Shown here piece after piece: positions 34,936 through 48,504 of a stretch of DNA of 64,000 nucleotides. The notes below the pieces were generated by a model. That model did no database searches. It was not told the origin of the DNA and worked only from the letters and a program-made list of their open reading frames with translations. Position numbers and translations under genes: made by a program. The stretch is from Scyliorhinus canicula (Eukaryota): the NCBI RefSeq assembly GCF_902713615.1, contig NC_052152.1, forward strand, positions 32,587,810-32,651,809, read 5' to 3'. Numbering within the stretch: position 1 is the first letter of the stretch; the number at the start of each line of letters is the position of its first letter.

Positions 34936-35388
34936 TTAGTGTTCAAAATTGCCCTTCGTGTTGGGTGATGGGTGAGGTTACTGGGTTATAGGGATAGGGT
35001 GGAGATGTGGGCTTGGGAAGGGTGCTCTTTCAAAGAGCCGGTGCAGACTCGAGGGACAAAATGGCCTCCTGCTGCACTGTAAATTCTATGATTCTATGAA
35101 GATTGTTTTAGTAAGATACAATGTAATTTTGTATCTATGCAATTTAGTATCTTTACACAAAAATAGCTTTCAAAAGTTTGTGTATTGCATCTGTGAAGCT
35201 TTGTTCCATTGAATAGTCTGAAGAGAAAACGTTGCCTGTACTTATTTTCAAAATACTGGTTTAAATGTTTCACCAAATCTGGCCTATTTATCTTCCAGTT
35301 AATTAAAATTAGAAATCACGTACAGCTACGCATTTTCTAGACACATTGTGGTAGCTTGATACACAAGTAAGTGCCTGTTTGTACCTAC

Positions 35389-35512
35389 CTTCTGTAGTCG
35401 ATACGTTCATCTTGTTGTTTATAGTGTCCTTCAGTGCAAACAAATCACTGTAGCTTAAGAATTGTAGGATTTCAGTGCACCCTGTTTCTTGCATCACAGA
35501 AAAATTAGGCAT
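35389..35512 (-). CDS. C3orf38-like paralog, gene B, coding exon 1 (MPNFSVMQETGCTEILQFLSYSDLFALKDTINNKMNVSTTE)
   Basis: Aligns with gene A exon 1 (GC.EILQ.L...L..L.DT..N.M). Phase-1 donor GAAG|GTAGGT at the equivalent position. Confidence 0.85.
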
Positions 35513-36134
35513 GTTTTTTTCCCCTGTTCAGTTTAATAAAATGTTTAAAATTAACTATACTGGAGTAACAAAACAAAAATAAATCGCAAATTTGCCTTTA
35601 AACAGTCCAAGTAGCTCACGTTGCGATGGTTTCCCGTATCCAAGAAGAGCTTCAAAATACTGATTCAGTGCACTCACAAAATGCAGTCAGGGTAAAGTGA
35701 AACTTAAATTATGCAAATAAATTGCATCATGGAAAATTGATACTCAAAGCCAGCTGACGTGAACAGGATGTATCAGACACAAAAACACAGCCACAAGAAC
35801 TGAATAAATAATTCCTTTCACTTCCCCGAACTGACATTTGAAACTTTGTAGAAACTTCATTTCATTTTAAGTTTACTTTTAAAAAGTACACATGAATTTT
35901 CAGGAAAACCTTCAGGGTGCTTTTTGGCTGGTACATCGATTGTGGAAATTAATTCTGACTGCCAAGATTTTGGTGCTGCACGGTTCAAGGTGCCTTCATA
36001 ATAACTAGGCTACAGTCCCCGGTCCTGTGGTTGGGGTGGTTTTGGGGTTTAGAGGAGGAAGGGTGGCTGCAGTAAGGGCAGGAGCAGCAGAAGATGGTTT
36101 TGAGTGTAACATATCTTTTCCGGGAAGAAGGCTG

Positions 36135-36470
36135 CAGAGTGGAGCTACTGATTGGCTGTTCCGGGGAGATTTGCATACGTGCAGTGTGGTCAGCGTAATT
36201 TGAAGGTGTACCTGTGCAAGAGACCCGAGGTGTTCAAGTGAAGGCAAGCATCCAGCAGAGGGCAGCAGAGTGGACCTACTGATTGGCTGTTCCGGGGAGG
36301 TTTGCATACGTGCAGTGCGGTCAGCGTAATTTCAAGGTGTACCTGTGCAAGTGACCCGAGGTGTTCAAGTGAAGGCAAGCATCCAGCAGAGGGCAGCAGA
36401 GCAGAGCTACTGATTGGCTGTTCTGGGGAGATTTGCATATGTGCAGTGCGGTCAGTGTAATTTGAAGGTG
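36135..36470 (+). repeat. About 2.6 tandem 131-bp monomers at the 5' end of a CR1 LINE
   Basis: Unit starts at 36135, 36266 and 36397. Confidence 0.9.
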
Positions 36471-39400
36471 GTTTGTGAAGGGGCTGTTGTCAAGTGACAG
36501 TTTGGATACGGGGGGGGGGAGATGACTCACCAGGGGAAGGCAGTAGTAGCCAGGCTCATGGCACCGTGGCTGGCTTTGCTGCACAGAAGGGCAGGAAAAA
36601 GATTGGCAGGACTATAGTCATAGGGGATTCAATCGTAAGGGGAGTAGACGGGCGTTTCTGTGGTCGAAAACGAGACTCCCGAATGGTATGTTGCCTCCCA
36701 GGTGCATGGGCCAGGGATGTCTCCGATCGGCTGCAGGACATACTGAAGGGGGAGGGTGAACAGCCAGTTGTCGTGGTGCATATAGGCACCAACGATATGG
36801 GTAGAAGACGGGATGAGGTCCTACAATCAGAATTTAGGGAGTTAGGAGATAAGTTAAAAAGTAGGACCTCAAAGGTAGTAATCTCAGGATTGCTACCAGT
36901 GTCACGAAACAGTCAGAGTAGAAATTTAAGAATAGTCAGAATGAATACGTGGCTTGAGAGATGGCGCAGGAGGGAGGGGTTCAGATTTTTGGGACATTGG
37001 AACCGGTTCTGGGGGCGGTGGGACCATTACAAATCGGATGGTCTACACCTGGGCAGGACTGGAACCAATGTTCTCGGGGGTGCTTTTGCTAACACTGTTG
37101 GGGAGGTTTTAAACTAATGTGGCAGGGGGATGGGAACCAGATTAGGAAGTTAGAGGTCAGTAAAGAAGCAGCAACTAAAGCCAGTAAGGTACTGGATAAT
37201 AAACTCAATGTGACTAAGGGGAAGAGTAGACAGGGAAGAGATGATGATCGCAAAGGGACAGGTGGTCTGAGGTGCATTTGTTTTAATGCAAGAAGTGTAG
37301 CAGGTAAGGCAGATGAATTTAGGGCTTGGATTAGTACCTGGGAATATGATGTTATTGGTATACTGAGACTTGGTTGAGGGATGGGCAAGACTGGCAACTA
37401 AATATCCCAGGGTATAGATGCTTCTGAAGGGATAGAGAGGGAGGTAAAAGGGTGGAGGAGTTGCATTACTGGACAGAGATGATATCACAGCTGTGATTAA
37501 GGAGGGCACGATGGAGGATTCGAGCACTGAGGCAATATGGATAGAGCTAAGAAATAGGAAGGGTGCAGTAACATTGTTGGGACTTTACTATAGGCCTCCC
37601 AAAAGCGAGCATGAAGTAGAGGTACAAATATGTAGACAGATTATAGAACAATGTAGGAGCAATAGGGTGGTTGTGATGGGAGATTTTAACTTCCCCAACA
37701 TTGAATGGGACTCATGTAGTTGGAGGCGTAGATGGAGCAGAATTTGTAAGGAGCATCTAGGAGAGTTTTTTAGAGCAGTATGTAAATAGTCCAACTCGGG
37801 AAGGGGCCATACTGGACCTGGTATTGGGGAATGATTCCGGACAGGTGGTTGACGTTTCAGTCGGCAATTACTTTGGGAATAGCAATCACAATTCCATAAG
37901 TTTTAGAATACTCGTGGACAAAGACGAGTGTGGTCCTAAAGGAAGAGTGCTAAATTGGGGAAAGGCCAACTATAACAAAATTCGGCAGGAGCTCGGGAAT
38001 GTGGATTGGGAGCAGCTGAATAAGGGTAAATTCACATTTGAAATGTGGGAGTCTTTTAAGGAAAGGTTGATCAGAGTGCAGGACAGACATGTTCCTGTGA
38101 AAATGAGAGATAGAAATGGCAAGATTAGGGAACCATGGATGAAGAGTGGAATTGTGAGACTAGCTAAGATGAAAAAGGAAACATACATAAGATCGAGGCG
38201 ACTCAAAACTGATGAAGCTTTGGAGGAATATCGGGAAAGTAGGACAAATCTCAAACGCATAATAAAGAGGGCTAAAAGGGGTCATGAAATATTGTTGGCT
38301 AACAGGGTTAAGGAAAATCCCAAAGCCTTTTATTCGTATATAAGGAGCAAGAGGGTAACTAGAGAAAGGATTGGCCCACTCAAAGACAAAAGAGGGAATT
38401 TATGCGTGGAGTCAGAGGAAATGAGTGAGCTTCTTAATGAGTACTTTGCATCGGTATTCACCAAGGAGAGGGACATGATGGATGTTGAGGCTAGGGATGG
38501 ATGTTTAAATACTCTAGGTCATGTCGGCATAAGGGGGAGGTTTTGGGTATTCTAAAAGGCATTAAGGTGGACAAGTCCCCAGGACCGAATGGGATCTATC
38601 CCAGGTTACTGAGGGAAGCGAGGGACGAAATTGCTGGGGCCTTAACAGATATCTTTGCAGCATCCTTGAGCACAGGTGAGGTCCCGGAGGACTGGAGAAT
38701 TGCTAATGTTGTTCCTTTGTTTAAGAAGGGTAGCAGGGATAATCCAGGGAATTATAGACCTGTGAGCTTGACGTCAGTGGTAGGCAAACTATTGGAGAAG
38801 ATACTGAGGGATAGGATCTATTCATATTTGGAAGAAAATAGACTTATCAGTGATAGGCAGCATGGTTTTGTGCAGGGAAGGTCATGTCTTACAAACCTAA
38901 TAGAATTAGAATTCTTTGAGGAAGTGACAAAGTTAGTTGATGAGGGAAGGGCTGTAGATGTCATATGAGGTTCAGGGTGTACTAGCTAGATGGATAAAGA
39001 ACTGGCTGGGCAACAGGAGACAGAGAGTAGTGGTGGAAGGGAGTCTCTCAAAATGGAGAAAGGTGACTAGTGATGTTCCACAGGGATCCGTGCTCGGACC
39101 ACTGTTGTTTGTGATATACATAAATGATCTGGAGGAAGGTATAAGTGGTCTGATGAGCAAGTTTGCAGATGATACTAAGATTGGTGGAGTTGCAGATAGC
39201 GAAGCGGACTGTCAGAGAATACAGCAAAATATAGATAGATTGAAGAGTTGGGCAGAGAAATGGCAGATGGGAGTTCAATCCAGGCAAATGCGAGGTGATG
39301 CATTTTGGACGATCTAACTCAAGAGCAGACTATATGGTCAATGGAAGAGTCCTGGGGAAAATTCATGTACAGAGAGATCTGGGAGTTCAAGTCCATTGTA

Positions 39401-40066
39401 CCCTGAAGGTGGCAACGCAGGTCGATAGTGGTCAAGAAGGCATACAGCATGCTTACCTTCATCGGACGGGGTATTGAGTACAAGAGTCGGCAGGTCATGT
39501 TACAGTTGTATCGGACTTTGGTTATGCCACATTTGGAATACTGCGTCGCCACATTACCAGAAGGATGTGGATGCTTTAGAGAGGGTGCAGAGGAGGTTCA
39601 CCAGGATGTTGCCTGGTATAGACGTTGCTAGCTATGAAGAAAGGTTGAGTAGATTAGGATTGTTTTCATTGGAAAGACGGAGGTTGAGGGGAGACCTGAT
39701 TGAGGTCTACAAAATTATGAGAGGTATGGACAGGGTGGATAGCCACAAGCTTTTTCCAAGAGTGGGGGTATCAATTACAAGGGGTCACGATTTCAAGGTG
39801 AGAGGGGAAAGGTTTAAGGGAGATGTGCGTGGAAAGTTTTTTACGCAGAGGGTGGTGGGTGCCTGGAATGCTTTGCCAGCGGAGGTGGTAGAGGCGGGTA
39901 CGATAGCATCATTTAAGATGCATCTGGACAGATATATGAACGGGTGAGGTACAGAGAGAAATAGACCTTGGAAAATAGGCAACAGGTTTAGATAAAGGAT
40001 CTGGATCGGCGCAGGCTGGGAAGGCCAAAGGGCCTGTTCCTGTGCTGTCATTTTCTTTGTTCTTTG
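36135..40066 (+). mobile_element. CR1-clade LINE, near full length (SGNH esterase ORF1, frameshifted APE-RT ORF2)
   Basis: IVIGDSIVRG, VHIGTND, DGLHL; GDFNFP, NYRPVSLTS, PQGSVLGP, FADD; (ttctttg)n tail. Confidence 0.92.
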
Positions 40067-42152
40067 GGAAGGCCTTTACAAAATGTTTGTAATGTTCTTT
40101 CAGATATTTTACGAATAAAGTATATTTTTTGCAAAAAAATATTTATGGAGAGCTTTCAAACGTATTTTTATACCGATGCACTTTTGCAGTTGTAGTCCTC
40201 AGGCAGACAGTTTGTAGTACAAACGACAGCTGTTTAACACTTTGACTTTATTCTGGTTAAAGGCTTGAGCAAGTTAAACCACAATAGCTCCAAGTAACAA
40301 TGTAAAACAAAACCTCCAGAGAATTAAATATTTCCAGCAAAACTATCCCATCTGTTACTATAGTCAAATGCTGACTTGGATACCAGTTTACTTCTGTTTG
40401 TTGAAATATGATACAGTATCTGCAAATTAAGCACACACAAAAGGCATTTTACTGAGTGTACTTATAATGCATTTACATTTCATTAAGTCCACAATATATT
40501 TTCTGAATACTAACATTCATCAAATATCAAAGATTGGATTAATAATTAACAGAAATATAGCAACAAGCATGACTTTCTACACAAGAATGTTGGAATGTGC
40601 ATTTAATAAGAAGCCAAACCTGTTTATGTAACCGGTACCAAATATATCATTGACTTCCACTGCTGCTCTTACTCTTAAGTGGAGTGTTAACACAAAAGAA
40701 CATCACATTCAATTTCCAGCTGTCTTTAGGGGTAGATGTGAAATTGAGGTTGAGTACTCGGAAGTGTGAACAGTTTACAGACATCTGTCCACATCATTCA
40801 TGATGTACACCAGTGAGTCCTCAGCATGTTAGACAGCAAAATTATACTGTAAAATTGAACAGGATCAAATTTAAACACAGCAGGCACTTTACAGATCAAC
40901 TATGATCTCATTAAATGGCAGACAGACTGAATGGCCTACATCGTTTCTATATTGAAGACGCCTGGAAGCAGCAAAATGGGTCTTGTATATGTGGTAGTTA
41001 GATCTTTAAATGGTTTATCAAGCTTCAGAGCGTTTCTTAACCACTTATCTAAGCCCCAATATTTTCACTTTATCGGTGGTTATTATAGAGGAAAATAGTA
41101 CTCTGCTTCAATCAATTTTAGAAGAAAACTTTAATTTATTAACACTTACAGTGGGCAGATAGTGCTGCACAAAAGAAAATACAACAATATTTTCTAATCA
41201 TTTTTCATGAATGTATCTCCCGAGGAGTTACCAGACATGGGAAGAACAGAGACCCCAGCGGGACACCATGACTGGCTCAGGAAAGCGAGCTGCAGCCCAT
41301 GGCCAAAGCCTATCAGCCCTGGAAATGAGCAGGGGAAGGTACAAGTACAGTTGACAATGCCATCAAGGACCGCCTGGTGGCTGCTATGGGGGTCAGTCAC
41401 GATTTACCACTTTCTTTTCTTATACTATCCGGTTTGGGTGCAAATTGAAGTGGAAAACTCTCACAGCAACAGGAAGGAAGCCAAAGTTACCTTTCTGCTC
41501 CTCTGAATGATTATGTTTCTATTACAAAGCTCACGTATGAGACAACTTTGAAATAATCAGGGAAGCCAATAGCAAGGCAAACATAAAAAGCCTCCCATAC
41601 ATTAACTCTTTGCTTCTGAGTGCAGTGAATATTAACAGTATTTCCAGCATTTTCTATCGTTAATTTTGGATATCGCCTGAAGAACAAGCAGATTCAGCCA
41701 TGCGATATTCCCTCAGCGCTGTCAATTGCAGTGTCAATCTTGTTCATCTCTTCCAGGAATTGGAGTGGGGCTGAATGCCAATCTTCTTACTCAAGCCAAA
41801 AATGCCAGTAAGAGACAAAGAGTCACCATAAACTGAAGAAATACATCTTTATCAAATAAATTTAGCAATTACAATCTAAAAAGAGAGCTAATGTATTCGT
41901 AACCAGCAAAAGTGGGGCAAGGCAAAAAGAGAATTTTACACTTATCCTTCAGCAAGGGCCAGTTTGGTAACATTTCCTCACTCAAGATTTTTGACAATAC
42001 AGCAAATGCCAGTAGTTTGCTGCATGGGAAAGGAGTGCAGTCTGTTTTCATTAGCTATATTGGCACCAGTATTTACATACCAGCTTGAATTAGGCTACTG
42101 GTTGCTTTGCAATATATTATATTGAATTTTAGCACAAATATAAAGCTTCATT

Positions 42153-42158
42153 TTTATT
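42153..42158 (-). terminator. Candidate proximal polyadenylation signal (AATAAA) for gene A
   Basis: tttatt on the + strand, about 60 nt downstream of the stop; more distal signals are also possible. Confidence 0.3.
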
Positions 42159-42219
42159 TTATAAAGCATTCATGGCAGGTGCGCCAATCTTTCACCAGGG
42201 CAGAACAGGGTACACAGCC

Positions 42220-42888
42220 TCAATCACAAATTCCTACAATGTGTTCTTCAAAAACTTGCAGCAACTCATTAGATTCATATTTGATGACGGGGAGCTCGGA
42301 ATCCTCATTGGGCTGGACATTTGCTGGCGCTGCTCCGCCTTGACCAGTGATCTTTAGGTGGACAAATTTCATCTTCCAATTGTTCTCGCTGCTTGGACAA
42401 CGGATAAGACCAAAGATTTGCTCAAAAATCCCCAGGCAGATTGACTCTCTGTGAATGGTACCAGCCACTGCAATAATAACTAATCCATGAGGAGAATGGA
42501 TACACTTCAGTCCATTGCCAGTCAGGTTAGGATTCAGGAATAGATGTTCCTCTTTTGGCAGTGCTAATAAACGGAGGCTAACCATAACTGCACCAGTGTA
42601 CACCTCCAACTGCTGCTCAGAAGTTCTATAGGAAAACTTAAGTATAACATCTTCCCAAAAATGCTGAGGGCCCCATTCTTTCGATTGTTCTTGCAGCAAA
42701 GGATTCTGGGAGTTCAGAAGCTGATAAAACCACTTGCAGAATTCAAGTCCCATGGTTTGGTAATCATCCTTATAATTTGCTGCTATGTCACTTCGTGGGG
42801 CATTATTTCCAGATGTGCTTCCAGAAGAATAATTTCTCTGAAAGGAAGAATATGTATATTTATCCTTAGCTGGGAATATACTGTGCAT
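42220..42888 (-). CDS. C3orf38: C3orf38 homolog, gene A, terminal coding exon (DUF4518 C-terminal, NTF2-like region)
   Basis: EFCKWFYQLLNSQNP, EWGPQHFW, HGLV..AVAGTIH, CLGIFEQIFGLIRCP motifs; TGA at 42222-42220. Two phase-0 acceptors (exon start 42888 or 42837). Confidence 0.92.
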   Translation of the reverse strand: MHSIFPAKDKYTYSSFQRNYSSGSTSGNNAPRSDIAANYKDDYQTMGLEFCKWFYQLLNSQNPLLQEQSKEWGPQHFWEDVILKFSYRTSEQQLEVYTGAVMVSLRLLALPKEEHLFLNPNLTGNGLKCIHSPHGLVIIAVAGTIHRESICLGIFEQIFGLIRCPSSENNWKMKFVHLKITGQGGAAPANVQPNEDSELPVIKYESNELLQVFEEHIVGICD

Positions 42889-42949
42889 CTGAATAAACAC
42901 AATAACCAGAGGATTACATAAGACAATGAGCTAATGCTCCTTTACCAAT

Positions 42950-43260
42950 TGTATGAGGTGAGATGGGGCGGGGGGAGGTGAGATGGGGCGGGGGGAGGCG
43001 AAATGGGGCGGAGGGAGGCGAGACAGGGGAGGGGGAGGCGAGACGGGGGTAGGGAGAGGCTAGACAGGGCGACGGGAGGCAAGACGGGGGGAGGCAAGGC
43101 AGGGAGAGGCGAGATGGGGAGGGAGGTGAAATGGAGGTGGGGGGAGCGAGGTGGGGTCGGGGTTAGAGGTTGTCGGAGCTGGTGCCGGGAAGGGGATTGA
43201 GATGAGGACGGCACCGCGTGGTGGTGGGGTCAAGTGACGGGGGTGGGGGGTGGTGGGGCG
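42950..43260. repeat. Purine-rich low-complexity repeat (gggaggcgagatgggg-like)
   Basis: Direct inspection. Confidence 0.7.
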
Positions 43261-43858
43261 GAAGAAGAGATATTACCTGGGTGGGGTGTGGAGGGGAGCT
43301 AGTACCAAGACAGAGATAGGGGGAGTGTGAGGGCGAAAGGGAAAAGTGAGGGAATGTGCATGAGAAGAGCGTTTATGAGGGGCAGAATATGTCTATAAAT
43401 CTGGTGCAAAACCACTATCAGGGTTCCTATTCACCAGAACCCACACACACCATCAAGCATTTCCAGTGCAGACTAATGAGTGAGCACCCTGAGCCTGGGA
43501 ATGAGCCAGGAACATGCCCTCTTACCCTATAATATTCAACACTACTTATGACTTTCTTGCTCAGCAACTTGCTTGTTTTCATACCTCAGTTGATTTAAAA
43601 TTCATGTTTGATGTTGTGCCAAGCTATCTTTATGAAATTTGCTTATTGGGTCCTTGTGAGAAAAAAATTGAAAGGCGGCCCACATGCAAAAAGGTTGAAC
43701 AAGCCTGCCCTGCTCTCACCTCCAACAAAAGGTGTGGAGAGCTCATGGGTACTGTCAGGAAAATAGTGAGAACATGAAAATTAAGGAAATCCAGTAAATT
43801 GGAATGCGCTCTGCTGGTTATACGCTTTTAAAAACCATTTTAAAAATGGAAGGTGTTT

Positions 43859-44040
43859 GGGCAGCAGGGTGGCGAGGTTCCAGGTTCCAGGCCCTGGGGC
43901 ACTGTCCGTGTGGAGTTTGCACATTCCCCCGCATGTTTGCGTGGGTCTCACCCCCACAACCCAAAAGATGTGCATGATAGGTGAATTGGCCACGCTAAAT
44001 TAGCCCTTCATTGAAAAAAAAAGAATTGGTCATTCTAATA
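43859..44040 (+). mobile_element. Short HE1-like SINE
   Basis: Similarity to other copies. Confidence 0.75.
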
Positions 44041-44044
44041 GCTG

Positions 44045-44501
44045 TTTGAAATTCCTGTGTCAGTGAAGAAAGCCTGCTTGAAAAATCAGTTGTTTTGTCC
44101 TATATCAGAAGCAACCGCTAAATATATAACTGCCTGGTGTGGTAACAATTACTCGACTTTGCTTATACCTTTTACAAAAAAATAAAATAAAAGATGTTGT
44201 CTGGGGAGAATCAGCTCTGAGGTTAGGGAACTTAAGGTCTTTGGAACTGGTTAAGACAAAGGGTACTATGTTTAGCTGTTGAGTTAAGTATATTTCTAGT
44301 TGACTTTATTTTATTGTTTTATTGTTTAATAAATAATTACTTTATTTAAAATCATCACAAAACATCTGGGACATTATTCTCTGGTTTTCAAATTCTTCCT
44401 CACATTGTATCAAATTCCAAAATACAGTTGAGGAAATATGTTTCAAGTTTCCCTCTGGGATTTTGAATACCCTGGTGTTTACCATCAGCCACGCTCACAA
44501 C
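44045..44501 (+). mobile_element. LTR 3' fragment
   Basis: AATAAA at about 44328 and a cacaaca terminus. Confidence 0.35.
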
Positions 44502-44676
44502 AGTATCCTTGTCACTAAGATCAAGGCCTTCGATCAATTGTTTCTGCCACTTCCCTGCCTTCCCCGAGTCCATTGAGTCAACCTTTCTCCAAAGACCTGC
44601 CTGACCCCTGAACTTACACCTTGCTCTATTTTCTCTGTCTTCCTTTTCCAAGCTCGTCTTGTCCATGAGATCGACT

Positions 44677-44860
44677 TAGAACATAGAACAGTACAGCACA
44701 GAACAGGCCCTTCGGCCCTCGATGTTGTGCCGAGCCATGATCACCCTACTCAAACCCACGTATCCACCCTATACCCGTAACCCAACAACCCCCCCCCCCC
44801 CCCTTAACCTTACTTTTTAGGACACTACGGGCAATTTAGCATGGCCAATCCACCTAACCC
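44677..44860 (-). mobile_element. HE1-like SINE 3' half
   Basis: Matches 21545-21723. Confidence 0.8.
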
Positions 44861-45119
44861 TTCTTACTCCCTCCACTCTGTTTCCATTAGACTATGGAAG
44901 ACCAAACTTCCCTTTCTGGCTCCAACATTACCTAACATTGTTAATAGTTTGCTCACCTCAGGAACCTTTACCTTCTCCTTGAGAACAGTGGTCTAGATTG
45001 AAGAGACTGAAAATCTAAGCCAATATCACCTCAGGTCCCTCAATACTAAATTCTGTTTTACAATGCTGCGAAGAAGTGTCTATGTTAACAGGTGCTACAT
45101 AAATACATATAGCACAAAT

Positions 45120-46500
45120 GGGTGTGGCCATTGGAGGTCAACCATTTTAGTACTGGGATGTCATTGCAGGAATTCCTCAGGGCAGGAATTCCTTAGGGCA
45201 GCGTCAAGACCCAAGCATTTTCAGCTACTTCATGAGTGACCTTCCCTCTATCATAAGATCAGAAGTGTGGATGTTTGCGGGTGATAATAATAATTTTTAT
45301 TAGTGTCACAAGTAGGCTGACATTAATATTGCAATGAAGTTACTGTGAAAATCCCCTAGTCGCCACACTACGGCACCTGTTCGGGTACACTGAGGGAGAA
45401 TTCAAAATGTCCAATTAACTGAACAAGCACGTCTTTCGTGAGTTGCACAGCACCCTTGGCGACTCTTCACATACTGAAGCAGTTCATGTTCATATGCAGC
45501 AGCAAGACCTGGACAATTTTCAGGCTTGGATTGATAAGTGACATGCACACCACACAAGTGCCTGGCAATGACGATTTCCAATAAGAGATATCTCCCATTA
45601 CCATTACTGAATCCTGGGGGGTTACTACTGATCATTTAATCCCTACAGTGCAGAAGGAGCCATTTCGGCCCATCGAGTTTGCACTGACCCTCTGAAAAAG
45701 CACCCCACTTGGGCCAACTCACCAATCCTATCCCTGTAACCTCACCTAAACTGCAAATCCCTGGACACTAAAGGGCAATTTTATCGTGGCCAACATACCT
45801 AACCTGTACATCTTTGGATTGTGGGAGGAAATCGGAGCACCCGGAGGAAACCCATGGAGACACGGGGAAAATGTGCAAACTCCACACAGTCAGTCATCCA
45901 AGGCTGGAATTGAACCCGAGCTGTGAGGAAGCAATGCTAACCACGGCCGACCAGAAACTGAACCTGACCAGCCATATAAATACTGTTAAAAGAGCAGGTC
46001 AGAGGCTGAGAATTCTGCAGAGACTAACCTGACGACCCGAAGCCTGTCCATCATCTACAAGGCACAAGTCAGGAGTGTGGTGGAATATTCTTCACTTGCC
46101 CGAATGAGTGCAGCCCAACAACACACAAGATCAACGCCATCTAGGACAAGACAGCCTCTTGATTGGTACCCCATCCACCACCTTCAACATTCATTCACTC
46201 CCTCCACCACCGACACACAATACAAGATGCCCCGTGGAAACTCATCAAGGCTCCTTCAATGGGGCCTTCTGGGCCAGAGACCTCCAAAAGTGAGAAGGAT
46301 CAGGGCAGCAGATGCATGGTCATGCCAGCACCTCTAAGCCATACACCATCCTTACTTGGAACTATATCACTGTCTCTTCACTGTCACTGGGTTGAAATCC
46401 TGGAATTCCCCCTCCAACAACATTGTGGGTGTACCTATGTCACAATAGGTGCAGCAGTTTAAAATGGGCAATAAATGCTGGCTCAGCCAGTGACAACCGT
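45120..46500 (+). mobile_element. Degraded CR1/L2-type LINE 3' part with nested SINEs
   Basis: G.PQG..., F.....NDLP and IYKAQVRS..EYS remnants. Confidence 0.55.
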
Positions 46501-46509
46501 ATCTTGTAA

Positions 46510-47520
46510 GACCATGAGAAATAGAAACATGAATAGGCCATTCAGCCCTTCGAGCCTGCTCCAACATTTAATAAGATCATGCCTGATCAACACTCACTAA
46601 GTCCACTTTCCTGCCTCCTCTCCGTGACCCTTAATTGCCTTACAGATTAAAAACCTATTGATCTCCCCTTGAAAATGTTCACGGACTCGGTCTCCACAGC
46701 TTCCTGGAGTAATGCATTCCAAACAGTCACCACGCTGAGAAGATACATTCTTCCTTAAATCAGTCTTATATGAGCACCACCTTATTCTGCGATTGTCCTA
46801 CACTCTCACATGAGTGAAAACATCCTCCCAACATTTACCTTGTCTAACCCCCAAAGAATCTTATATGTTTCAATTATATCACCTGTATAATAAGAATAAT
46901 CTTTATTGTCACAAGAAGGCTTACATTAACACTGCAATGAAGTTACTGTGAAAAGCCCCTAGTCGCCACATTCCAGCGCCTGTTTGAGTACACGGAGGGA
47001 GAATTCAGAATGTCCAAATTACCCAACATCACGTCTTTTGGGACTTGTGGGAGCACCCGGAGGAAACCCACGCAGACACAGGCAGAACATGCAGACTCCA
47101 CACAGTCAGTGACCCAAGCCGGGAATCGAATGCGGGTCCCTGGTGCTGTGAAGCAGCAGTGGTAACCACTGTGCTAATCCTTCTGAACCCCAAGGAGTAC
47201 AGACCCAACCTATTTAATCTTTCCTCACACGGTAGTTTCTCATACATGGGATCATCCCAGTAAACCTCTTCCGTACTGCGTCCAATGATCATATATTTTT
47301 CTTTAAATAAGGGGCCAAAATTGTACTCAGTATTCTAAATGTGGCCTGCTAGTACCTTGTACAGTTGCAGCATTCGAAAAATTAGCCACAGTACACTCTG
47401 TTCCTTTCTCCGAATCATTAATATATATTGTAAAGAGCTGCGGTCTCAGCACTGATTCTTGTGGCACTCCACTGGTTACTGCCCTCCAACGTGAGAAAAT
47501 CCCCTTTATCGCTATTCTCT
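46510..47520 (-). mobile_element. CR1 3' fragment with nested SINE
   Basis: EERLNRLGLYSL remnant. Confidence 0.6.
46886..47176 (-). mobile_element. SINE with an HE1-like head and a family-2-type tail
   Basis: HE1 head joined to gtggcgactaggggcttttcacagtaacttcattg. Confidence 0.7.
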
Positions 47521-48504
47521 ACGAACAAATAAAATTAAGCACAACGCATACCAAGCTATATTTGAAGCTGGTGGTTGCAGAGTGTACAAAAGCCCAATGG
47601 AATTGCAGAGAGTAGATATCCACAGCCCACTCTTTTTGCTCCAGTCAACCCAATAAGTGACTCAATCGATGGTTGGATTTCTGCATCGAGTGGCCAGCTT
47701 GTTCTAACCAAGGTAAAAGTTATTCAGACAAGATCTCTATAGGCATGTGCGGTTGCTTGTAAACTTTTTCTGTGAGTATCTAAATTCAGGTAGATATTAA
47801 AATAGTTCAGAGAAAGGGTTGCACGGTGGCCTGGTGGTTAGCACAGCTGCCGCACGGCGCTGAGGTCCCAGGTTCGATCCTGGCTCTGGGTCGCTTTCCG
47901 TGTGGAGTTTGCACATTCTCCCCGTGTCTGCGTGGGTTTCGCCCCCACAACCCAAAAGATGTGCTCTACATACATCGCTGTATTAAATTTTATCTGCCAC
48001 GTATTTGCCCATGTCATCCTCTTGAAATGCTACTCCCTCATGTTTACAATACTTCCACGTTTGGTGGCATCAGAAATTTTTGAAACTGCGCCCTGTACAC
48101 ACAAGTCCAAGTAATTAATATAGCTAAGGAAGGTAGTGGTCTGAATACCAACCTCTGAGGAACCCCACTGTATATTTTCCTCCAGCCTGAAAAACAACCG
48201 TTTCCCACCAATTTGTTTCAATTCTCTCAGTGAACCTACCTCTATGCAGCCACTGTCCCTTTTCTTCCATTTTAGAATTTGCTTGCAAGCCTGTATGTGC
48301 CAGCCCCCTAATGAGCAAGACGCCCCCCCCCCCCCCCCCCCCCCCCCTCCACCTGCTCCCCCCACACACACACACAAAACCAAGATCATCTAATAAAGGC
48401 AATCTGGCTGGATACTATTGCAATTGCCTCCAAAGTTTCTTCGCTTAATCTTTACTGTGTTTGGATAGGGCAGGGTAACCAAAGCCACACAGGCATCAAT
48501 TTGA

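Noticed and set aside
18282-35512. Gene B as a pseudogene or haplotype-duplication artefact
   Set aside because: It is too diverged from A to be an allele, the frame is intact, and all four splice sites are canonical and in phase. Expression remains unproven.
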